Assembly: GCA_023334545.1 (NCBI GenBank)
Contig: JAADVB010000033.1
Span: 42,167 to 106,166 of the forward strand
Source of the DNA: Salisapilia sapeloensis CBS 127946
Taxonomy: Eukaryota; Protista; Oomycota
DNA length: 64,000 nt
Direction of reading: 5' to 3'
The first letter of the stretch is position 1; every line of letters starts with the position of its first letter. Below are positions 20,501 to 29,220 of this stretch, piece after piece. The position numbers and the translations under genes are program-made. The notes under the pieces are model-generated. The model was not told the DNA's origin and searched no databases. It saw nothing but the letters and a program-made list of their open reading frames with translations.

Positions 20501-21710
20501 ACTCACGGCAGTAGTCGATAGTAAGCTTACAGGTACTCGTGCGACGAATCTATCGAATGCGATTGAAGAAGTGGAAGAAGACGATAATGCTTCGAGTGTG
20601 TTTTCACAACCTTCGCATGCGATTTTAGATAACTTTTCGCCTGATATAACGCTTGCTGCGATGGAATCGATTGAAATCGCGACGCAAGAACAGATTAAAG
20701 TGCATGCTGGGTCACCAGAAGGGGAGAGGTTGCAAGAAGACTTGGCGACGTTGAAAGATCAGGTCGAAGTCGTATGTGAGTACGTTCGGAGCAAACGAAA
20801 GAAACGACATAACGCGGTCGAATCTGCTTTTGGTGAAAGTTTCGAAAACAAGAAAGAGCGCTTGAGAGAGAACTCGCAGCACGTACAGTGGAGCCATACG
20901 CCTCGATGGGACTGCACGGCGTTCGTCGTGAAATCCAATGATGATTTGCGACAGGAAGTGCTGTGCATGCAACTCATTCGACAGATCCAGGACATCTTCC
21001 AAGCTGAGCAATTGCCTCTACGCCTGTTACCGTACTCGATCATCGCAACCTCTGGCTCGACCGGTGTCATCGAGTACATCAAGAATGCTACTTCGTTGGA
21101 TCGACTGAAGAAACGGAGAGGGTACACGTCCTTACGCGACCATTTTCTCAAGACGTATGGTAACGTCGAGACACTGGCGTTCAAGACAGCCATGGGGAAC
21201 TTTGTCCAGAGTATGGCAGCCTACTCTCTCGTGTGCTACATCCTTCGCATCAAGGACCGACACAATGGAAACATCATGATCGACAGTGACGGACATATTG
21301 TCCACATTGACTTTGGTTTCATCCTCGGGATTGCGCCTGGAGGTCGCTGGAGTCTCGAAACAGCTCCGTTTAAACTCACGGCCGAGATGGTGGAAGCCAT
21401 GGGCGGCACGCAGTCTGAGTACTTCAAAGCATACGTCATCTTCCTCATCCAAGGCTTTGCAGCGTTGCAACGAAACGCCAAGACGTTGCTGCTCATGATC
21501 GGTATCATGGCCCAGCAGTCATCTTGTCCGTGCTTCTTGTCGCAACAACCACAAGCAGTCTTGCGTGATACGGAGAATCTTTTTCGAATGGACGACACGC
21601 AAGAAGAGATCGTACAGTACGTCATTGACCTCGTTCGACGTAGTCATAACAGCTACCGCACGAGGCAGTACGATACATTCCAACGCATGACGAATGGCAT
21701 TTTGCCATAA
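17577..21710 (+). CDS. Type III phosphatidylinositol 4-kinase (beta/Pik1-like) with PH, FYVE, PIK-helical and DEP domains
   Basis: Kinase motifs VKSNDDLRQE, IKDRHNGNIMID and HIDFGFILG. FYVE RQHHCRNCG..C..C...VRLCVSC. DEP VFSGKEAVSWM...HAVWLGGELLASGALE. N-terminal PH-like domain. Intronless, 1377 aa. Confidence 0.9.
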   Translation: MSDSDSRTLPMLSSPKTSQEMEESSASHMEQPESPALIEHASQLQEQEEQGPVSLQRTTSEAYSDDSNVPPLSTTASIVSISPSAGVEIDGLGVKGYLSMRDEGVTYHRMKRSYCRCVGVNFFRFSSSSNANNLIDASFGSEITKVEEWDGRGLLHTYRNSFKLSFRHGLAFNVDAESEDDKHKWIEYIRSALQGSTSASAIWENPNKRERSNSASNVDAYPLSAGGLEFMGGRKKSRPKFQDKPVCVHPGCNARFDSTGRRQHHCRNCGGTCCSSHSSRFAVLRHFFFNEPVRLCVSCSRVQRFALWFSMLVQRLAIIQRTRGVLRPPMEVGEEDELEKLEELLHEASFGVTDMIQLLHMHRFGYDSTYARLVHKLMSSAEDNMADFEFFLPQLFHLWLTMDWISNNVKAALLFRAVCFAASLHIRLASNIYWLARAAVDDSCGWGFGQSELYVPSYLYNKFSMCKLLMLNLEMQLAGDTWSFKQDQDLPAPSHHHQMLSDLFDRLQTLLKEMKQTSKSFPFGPICEAVTISCIPAEFLDLSAGTEQRLQPTQDNRRVFYSHIGFVQQLCEMTERLRFIEVTGRKAALKQELLQMSPPVDAFNPLGSCLDPMESFLSIAKSEGTVFTTRARAPTLLMFEVHAQDALSNESKWLQVVSPPEEAVETLPEDAEYGATTVLDDTRSSSSSNDVMASSTAIEMAAKSDIAQALSMSNLTDAGGDQSHAMDTSGDWGGDDEDKDPASTTNDNDRDGPAPVSVTIVSPTRGNKSRRRDRSGSLMNSATDSLESMLAGWKAASYKNRRKRSASEGSEAPNDADNLAAGVKFNEVEKFRQDQFVSMAQNLERSLMESNPESRGVFSGKEAVSWMRRNELVLDREHAVWLGGELLASGALEIVTANHEGFEPSSDVMYRVATEFSRLECQENAHGQMSKSFKNSRPFSMDMEHRQTSLSATFSSNRLLSPHVQHEKTGMDKSQLTAVVDSKLTGTRATNLSNAIEEVEEDDNASSVFSQPSHAILDNFSPDITLAAMESIEIATQEQIKVHAGSPEGERLQEDLATLKDQVEVVCEYVRSKRKKRHNAVESAFGESFENKKERLRENSQHVQWSHTPRWDCTAFVVKSNDDLRQEVLCMQLIRQIQDIFQAEQLPLRLLPYSIIATSGSTGVIEYIKNATSLDRLKKRRGYTSLRDHFLKTYGNVETLAFKTAMGNFVQSMAAYSLVCYILRIKDRHNGNIMIDSDGHIVHIDFGFILGIAPGGRWSLETAPFKLTAEMVEAMGGTQSEYFKAYVIFLIQGFAALQRNAKTLLLMIGIMAQQSSCPCFLSQQPQAVLRDTENLFRMDDTQEEIVQYVIDLVRRSHNSYRTRQYDTFQRMTNGILP

Positions 21711-21764
21711 ATGATAAAAAGTAGAGGCAAGAGATACCCAGCAACATGTTTCTTTGTTTACACT

Positions 21765-23328
21765 TTAAACGTCGCACGTCGTGTCTTTAAACGGGTTCTT
21801 GCTCGACTTCTTTAGCTTGGCGACAGGCATCTTATCGATCGAAAACGAATTGTTCTTCAAAGACCCCATGAGCACACCTGATTCTTTCAAACACGTCAGA
21901 CAAACAAGCACAGACATGCCAAGGAAGTGTATTGAAGTACTAACGCTTCTTTTGCTTCTTGGTCGTGCCAGCGCTCTTCGCTGCTGTCTTCTTCGTACCA
22001 GCACTTGGCTTTGGCTCAGCTTTTGCATCACCTGAAGGAGCAGAAGGTTCATGTACGTTAGCAAGTGTTTATAAGAGAGAGGACTAAAGGAGGGTGTACC
22101 GACCGCTTTGTGTCAAGTCCGCGAGCAAATTCTTCGAGTAGGCTTGATTGTCTTCTTCTTCAGACGAACTATCATCGGAGCTCTCTTCCTTCTCGGTAGG
22201 TTCCGCCGGCTTTGACTCTTGCTTGACTGGCTTCGACTTGGACTGCGCCTCCGCTTCGCTTTCACTCGACGAATTGTCGATCACTTCTGCTTGTTTCTTT
22301 GATGCTACCTCTGGGGATTTGTTCTCTTTCGAAGTGTCTTCGGACTCGTCCTTGGGGCTTTCAGTCACTGAAGCTTCTGCTTTTTCCCGATCCACCCTCG
22401 CTTGAGCAAGTGCCTTTCGTTCTTGGAAAGTCATCTTACCTGGCTTCTTTGCTGGAGCAGCAGCCTTGGCAAGCGCATCCTTTACAGCTTTTTCGCTCTT
22501 CTTGGTCTTCTTTGCAGCTGGCTTCGTCGGCTCCTCGCTGGTCTCTTCCAGCTCCGACACGGTGGATGCTGGAGACACCACCTTCTTCGCAGGAGCCTTC
22601 TTCTTCGTAGCCTTCACTTTCGTATCGACAGACGGTGCCGTGTCGTCCGTTGCATCCGTCTTGGCAACCTTCTTGGGTCGGCCTGGAGCCTTTTTCGCTG
22701 GCTTTGCCTCCTCAGCCGGCTTCGTTTCAGCCGGTTTCTCTTCCTCAGCCTTTCGCTTACCCTTTGCAGGTTTCTTGGTCTCCTCTACTGGTTTCTCCGT
22801 CGTTTCCACTTCCATAGGCTCTGGAGTAACTGCAGGAGCCTTCTCTACCTTTTTCTTCGGAGCTTTAGCTTTCTTTGGCTTGGCAACCTCCTTCTCCCCC
22901 TCTGGCGAAGCCTCAGCCACAGGCTCAACCGGTTTCACAGTTTTCTTGACAACCTTTGCCCTCTTAGCTGGCACCTTGGCGACTGCACCGACGCGGTCTA
23001 CATAGACTTGGTCCATCTCAGTGAAGTATTCACCGACTTGTGCATCCTTGGCAATGTCAGCATAGATGAACTGCTTAGAGTCGTCTTTATCCGTTTGCGC
23101 TCCATCAAGGATGCGTCCACGGAAGAGACTAGCGTCGAGACACGTGCGCAGTCTCAGGGCGCCATCTAGTGGCGGCTTATCGGGATAAACCTTGGCATAT
23201 TCCGCTCGGAAAGCGTCTTCTAGCTGCTGGACTGTCCAGGAGCGTTGAGCTGTGAGCATTATGGCCCCACCAACATCTGCAGGAGGGGCGATCACGAGCT
23301 TAAGTGTCTGCATGTGCACAACCGACAT
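21765..23328 (-). CDS. Lys/Glu/Pro-rich low-complexity protein with an N-terminal ubiquitin-like fold; probably nucleolar; multi-exon
   Basis: A 416-aa ORF with K/E/A/P-rich repeats and acidic Ser tracts is linked to the 3' exon(s) in 21765..22064. The function is not recognised with certainty. Confidence 0.6.
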
Positions 23329-23669
23329 GTTCACTACGATGCGTTTTACCGCGCTTTTTCGATTTTGTCTTTTTAAACCATCGAAAGCTCCCTTGGGATA
23401 CTGACCAACACGTCTAGGATGAGTAGTTTCGTGCCTTTGATATCGAATAAGATCTTAATGCAACATGATACCAAAGTATCCGATGGTATCCACTAAATCA
23501 GAGTTTATAGGTACGAAATGAAATTAGAAGAGGGTTCATGACCTTTCATATTAGATACTTTTGTCATCATATACAGAGGTCTCGTTACTTGATCGTGTCC
23601 TTTTTGCATACGATACGGACGATCAGAGGTCGAATGTCATTATTTCTCTGAATATTATCTGCCAAAGAA

Positions 23670-25697
23670 ATGTTGAATCGAGTACGGCTGAGGCTACCGG
23701 ACAGTGATTCGGAGACGACTGACTTTCCGGAAGCTGAGGTAGAAAAGCTACTTGCTGATGTCGAGTACAATGAAGTTCGTCTGAAGCGGTTGAGAGAAGG
23801 CACAACGTGGCGAGAAGCGCTGGAGAGTTGGGTCGAATCTTCCTACAATAGTGATGAAGACGAGGATTATCATGACAGTGAAGACGAAGTACAGGCACCA
23901 CCCAAGAAGAAGATTATAAGGCAAAAGAAACACATTGCTCCAGGGTACCTCAAGACGACGGTATGGTCGCTTCTCACAGTCGTCTCCACCCCACTGCTAC
24001 TGCTCGTATCGCCATTCCTACAGCACAAGTCGTCTAGCTTTTGGCCACTGAATGCAACGTCAGCTTGGAGCTTATGGTGGCGAAGTATCCTCCATCTTGA
24101 ATTCCTACTACTAGGACTCGTGCTTCTCTATTATACGCTTTGTAGTGAGCTTCCAGAAGTTGATATGAACACATTTATTCACGTGAATGCGAGTATCGAA
24201 GCTCTACACTCCTCCATCAATACTTGTAGCATACTCCTGGACCAAACGGCATCGACGAAACTCGTTCAGGACGTTTGTGTTCCTACCATGGTTCAAGTTA
24301 CTTTTATCTGTATCATTCTTGTCTTCATCTTGCGTTGTCATCGTACATGGGCTCGATACGGACTCATCTTTATCGGAGTCTTATTGTACGTAAATGCTCC
24401 GTCGATGTTGACACAGCAGTTCATGCCTAAGCCACAGATCACATCGGTCGATCCGTCCTACGTCCTACTGCATGAAGAGACAGTAGTGTCGATATCGGGC
24501 GATAATCTCCAACCAGGAGGTACGATCGCCTGGGTCGCGTACTGGGGATGTGCCAATGCAGCACTGGTTACGTCCTGTGAAAAGCAGTTTCCAGGTGTCT
24601 TTGACAGGGGCAGTGTCGCCGTCACGTTTGATACTGCCGACCGATACATTCCTTGCTATCGAGACCCACCTGATCCGTTGAAAGAGCAAGAGTTTGTGTG
24701 CTTTGAAGACGTCAGGATTAGTGTGAGGGAGCAGAATAGGATTCCTGGTTGGTCCATGATGAAACGCTGGTGGTCGAAGGGAGAGACGGAGCGAGATACA
24801 AAGGAGGAGGCTCCTAAAGTGGTAGGTGGGGGTGATAATCCAGAGGATGCAAAGATGAAGGTTCATCATACATTGGAAGAGGTGACGAGCAAGGTGGAAG
24901 AGATCGCTGCTGCGATTGATATGAAGATTGATCAGCACGATGCACCAGCAAAAGGAGACGACACCTCTGTCGTCTTAAATGCCAAGGACGAAGGTAGTGC
25001 AGACAGTAAGCGAGCTTCCTCCAGTGAGTCTATACGTAATCTTCAAGACAACGAGAGGGAGGAGAATGCTATGGACTTGATGCTACCTGCAATTACTACA
25101 GCGGATGAGGCGACAGGTACTAGAGCAAGCGACGGATCGCTAGAGGACGATGAAGAAGTACTTAGTGAAACTACATTACCTCAGGAAACCGAAGACTTTA
25201 CTACTGATGCTTCCGTCGATGATAAAGATATAAAGACCGCGGATGAGGAAGAGAGTGGAATCAAGACCTTTGTTGTGCTGAAGGATATAGGTCATGAGCC
25301 AGTGTCCATGACAAGTGGCAAGCTGATAGATGACGAGGAGGAAGATGATCTCATGGAAGCAAAGGATGATGCTATCAACACCCTGCAAGATGATGATGTC
25401 CTTTTAATTAGTACCCAACAAGATGAAGCTTTGGTACAGGAGCAAACGATGGGATATAAAGACAGTGTGTCTCCAGAACCAGTCAATCTTTACCAAGGGG
25501 AAGAGGCTACAATAGTAAACACGGACAAGAGTTATAAGGATAGCGTCACAACAAACACGTTGGTGGCCGTAGAATCCGACACGACGATGGACCACAACAT
25601 GCCATCCAAAGCCAAGCTTTCTGACAGATCTATTAAAAAGTCATCAAGAGAACGAAAGGAACCTACGACGAGAGTACAAACCATTGAAAAGAAATAA
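23670..25697 (+). CDS. Membrane protein with an IPT/TIG-like domain and an acidic tail
   Basis: Several hydrophobic helices in the N-terminal third, then PQITSVDPSYV..ETVVSISGDNLQPG (IPT-like), then a long D/E-rich region. Confidence 0.6.
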   Translation: MLNRVRLRLPDSDSETTDFPEAEVEKLLADVEYNEVRLKRLREGTTWREALESWVESSYNSDEDEDYHDSEDEVQAPPKKKIIRQKKHIAPGYLKTTVWSLLTVVSTPLLLLVSPFLQHKSSSFWPLNATSAWSLWWRSILHLEFLLLGLVLLYYTLCSELPEVDMNTFIHVNASIEALHSSINTCSILLDQTASTKLVQDVCVPTMVQVTFICIILVFILRCHRTWARYGLIFIGVLLYVNAPSMLTQQFMPKPQITSVDPSYVLLHEETVVSISGDNLQPGGTIAWVAYWGCANAALVTSCEKQFPGVFDRGSVAVTFDTADRYIPCYRDPPDPLKEQEFVCFEDVRISVREQNRIPGWSMMKRWWSKGETERDTKEEAPKVVGGGDNPEDAKMKVHHTLEEVTSKVEEIAAAIDMKIDQHDAPAKGDDTSVVLNAKDEGSADSKRASSSESIRNLQDNEREENAMDLMLPAITTADEATGTRASDGSLEDDEEVLSETTLPQETEDFTTDASVDDKDIKTADEEESGIKTFVVLKDIGHEPVSMTSGKLIDDEEEDDLMEAKDDAINTLQDDDVLLISTQQDEALVQEQTMGYKDSVSPEPVNLYQGEEATIVNTDKSYKDSVTTNTLVAVESDTTMDHNMPSKAKLSDRSIKKSSRERKEPTTRVQTIEKK

Positions 25698-25745
25698 CAC
25701 TTCGAATCGTTGGAACGTACGGAGGATAGGAAGATGACGAAATGA

Positions 25746-26797
25746 TCAAATACTCATTTTGGTTTGATTGTCTGGAGCTGGTGCGAAGTGTGCTAGAGCT
25801 CGGTTCAAAGCCTCCCAATCGACACTTTCATACCACGTTCTTTCCTTTCGTGCCAACGCTTGCTCTCGTATCGTCAGCTCTCGTTCTTTCAACTCTACTT
25901 TTTTCTGAAACTTTTTCTTTGCAAACTCCAACTTTTGACGTTCCAACGCTAAGTGCTCTCGAAGGTATGCTTCGTAAGTCAACGTAGAAGACGACTGATT
26001 TGGATTGGCATGGAGTGATTGACTTGTCTCGGACTGCATGGTCGATACGTCTCCAGATGACGCATGCTGCGAATGACAGAGATTAGAGGTACAATGTAAT
26101 ACGAAGACAGGAGGTGGTAACGTACGGATGTATCGGTTGGGTGGATGGATGTGCTCGTGGAAGAATGCAGTAGACTATTGGTGACGTCCATTGTCGATAC
26201 GTTTCCTAGAGTGTCACTTGTAGGTGGAAGTACGCTGCCAGTCGACAACATGATCATGGGATCCGTGAAATGCGAAGAATCTTTCTTCACGACGCTCGTG
26301 TTGGAATTCAGAAACTGCATTCTGGACTCTGTTGTCTTCGGAAGAGCGTTAAACTCTTCCCACCGCTTTGGATGCGCGTGGTGCATGTGACTTCGCAAGT
26401 TGTCGACACGAAACGTACGAAAGAACTTGATCGTTGTATTGGACTTGCGTCGACGTTTCTTACCGTCTTGGGCTTCCGTCCGTTCGACTTTCTCACCTTC
26501 AACATCCTTTTCACGACCGAATGCTTTGCATAGACCGCAAGTCGCTAGTGTGACTTCATTGGAAATAGGGTCGCGTTCCAGCGGTAAAAGAGCGAAGTCG
26601 ATGGTATAACGATCTTGGTATCGATGACGCTTTTGTCGTATGCCAAAAGCTTCTTTATTCGTATTGTCCGAAGCATAGTAGCGCACTGCGAGGCTTTGAT
26701 CGCTCTGATCTCCTTCCATTTCGTCTGCATCTCGCTTGCGATCAGTGGGCAGTTCAGATTCTACATTTGCACTAATGGAGGAATCCGTAGACTCCAT
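25746..26797 (-). CDS. Hypothetical protein with a CxxC...HxxxxH zinc-finger-like motif and a C-terminal coiled coil; 2 exons
   Basis: TCGLCKAFGRE...KFFRTFRVDNLRSHMHHAHPKRW. Intron 26067-26125 joins ORF 25979..26800 in frame to ORF 25746..26039. Confidence 0.7.
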
Positions 26798-26932
26798 CAC
26801 AGCAATGTGTTGATAAATTGGCGTAAATACTCGCGCTGGGAGATATAGAGTAGCGTAAATTGGCTACGAGGTGAACACGGACTTGAGTATCCCGTTATTG
26901 TGTTCAAGTGACGTCTTATTTAGCGTAATTCG

Positions 26933-27290
26933 CTAAATATACGTGTAGCTTTGGAGCTTGTAAAAGGTGGGCTTCACCATTCTACAAAATGGAGTGTGCT
27001 ACGTTTGAGACCACCATGTTTGTTAAAATCGGAGCATTACCTAGTATGCTTTCTAATATGTGTTGACTGGATCGCTGCTACCTTCTAGTGACTGTAAATG
27101 CCGCCAATACATCTGAAAATGGCACATTCAAAGTACAGTTGAGACGGAGTCATATGCGTACTGGTCGTTACATGAGTGAATTTAATCTTACTGGACACCA
27201 TGGATGAGCTCGTGGTTCTGTGTAGAAAAATGGTGTTTTAACACACACTTTAGCTCCTTCAAAGCTGTCTTGCTACATGTAAGTATTTAG
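26933..27290. repeat. Degenerate inverted repeat (arms about 26933-26986 and 27221-27290), MITE-like or long hairpin
   Basis: Three collinear blocks match the reverse complement of the right arm: CTAAATA-TACGTGTAGC / CTAAATACTTACATGTAGC, AGCTTTG-GAGCT / AGCTTTGAAGGAGCT and CACCAT-TCTACA / CACCATTTTTCTACA. No target-site duplication seen. Confidence 0.4.
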
Positions 27291-27560
27291 GATGCTCGTA
27301 GTCGCAGTTTCATGACGACGCGATTTCGTTGGCTATCAAAAGAAGAAGCGATGATCATTGGACGCCCCTGATATCTACTAACTTCAACATCATCGTCCTC
27401 GTTCATGAGCACCTTGGACGAGAACCGTCCTTCCGCTGCTGAGTACACCGTCTACACCGCAAGATTTTCCCCATAAGAAGTTGTGTAGTCATTCTACAAT
27501 TTAAATAGTGACTGAGCAAAGCATACGCAAAGAGCTGAAACGTCAATAGTTCGACCACCA

Positions 27561-29069
27561 ATGGAGGTTACCACTGCGCTCACGACAGATCAACAATGCG
27601 ATACGAGACCGAAATTCGACGCTAGTCTTGCAGATGCACATAAATGCACAGAGCATGAACAACTATGGAAAATCTTCACGACCTATGCGCTGCAACTATC
27701 AAGTGAAGACCCGACTCGAATGCGAGTCGGCAATGTCGTTCATCTGCTCCAAGACTGCGGCATTATCGACTCTGATGGATCAATGGAAGCAAGAATTATG
27801 GAGAAAGACGTCGAAATCGTCTGTGGGTCTTTTGTGAAGCACTATCCCAGTGACCATGAAGGTTCGAAAAAGATCCATTTCACCGCATTCCTTGCTCTCC
27901 TCCAGTACCTCTCGAAAATGGTAAGCACAATTTCCTTTGGAATACAAGTCGGTAATGAGCCCTAATTGTAAACCTATGCCCATATAGTCTGGCGAACTCG
28001 ATCAAGAGAAAGCATACGAATCGCTCGTTCGAACATGTCTTGAGCGTCATAAGAGGGCAAGGTACGATTGCCTACTGCATATCTTTGTTCGAATAAGAGT
28101 ATTTACGCTTTTTGGTGAAGAGTCCGAACCAATGTTATGAAGGAATACAAGGAATGCCAAAAACTACTCGAGATGTTCAACGTGCCTCTTGCCAAGGTCA
28201 TACCCATTATCGATTGACTACTGCTAGCAACAATCTCATAATACCCATTCTAGATGTTTGCATATTACGCGAAGCGCACTTTTGAGAAACTCGAGAAGGC
28301 CGAACCCGGATTTGCAAAACATTGTCCGGCCCATATGAGCTATGCCGAATGCTTGGCCTTTGCAAAAAGTTATGGTATCATTGCACCAGATGTGCTCACT
28401 ACGACAGATTTTGCTGCACTCTACGCTGACAGTCTTCCAAGGGCTCCGCTCGACGAGTACAAGCGGGTTTTAGTGTATGAAGGCTTCCTTCATCTCCTCG
28501 TGCGATTGGCAGTCAAGATGTGTGACGACTCGAATGTTCCAGCGGGAATGAAGCTCAAGTATGCTATTTAATCCTGTTATTAACTCTGTCCGTGCTGACT
28601 TAAACCATAGAGCCCTGTTTCAGCTCATGTGGTTAGCCTCAGCACCAACTCATTTATTTCAGACAAACATGCAGCAAGTCATTAAAACAGACCGCACGAG
28701 CACGACCACTGTAACTACTTCCATCTTCCTAGTGACCGCTTTGAGATACTGACAAACTAATCTACTATAGCTCAATTCTATCTTTTCAGATCACTTTGAG
28801 AAGTTTTGGCGAAAGGAGAAATGCGAGTATGTGACCTCTTTCGATTATAGTTGGCGACATCTCACAGGGTCTGAAACAGGAATTACATTAGCATCTTGGC
28901 AACAAAGTGCATAAGTCAAGACGATAGCTCTAAATACCACTTGATCATGCGTCTAGCTCAACCGAAAGCTGTGCCATCACCACCGCCTACACCGTTAACA
29001 CGCCGAGCAAGTCTCATCCAAGCTTCATCCGAGAAAGATCAAATGCAGTCTCAAAGAGTCTTTCACTGA
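27561..29069 (+). CDS. Protein with two p25-alpha/EF-hand-like helical repeats; multi-exon (3' end uncertain)
   Basis: Repeats LWKIFTTYA..MRVGNVVHLLQDCGII..IHFTAFLALLQYL and MFAYYA..MSYAECLAFAKSYGII..LVYEGFLHLLVRLA. Exons were joined by hand. Confidence 0.5.
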
Positions 29070-29220
29070 GTCTATCTTAGAGCTTGGGAAAGAGAAGAGA
29101 ATATCAATTGATGACTGGCTCTCCATACGTTTCCTTTCACTACACATTCCGGTATGCTTACAAGGACTATTAAAAAGAATAAACAAAACTTCTAAAAACC
29201 TGGAAGTATCTATTCTCTCC

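Noticed and set aside
22148-23169. Plus-strand Leu/Phe/Ser-rich ORFs
   Set aside because: Reverse-complement artefacts of the Lys/Glu-rich low-complexity gene.
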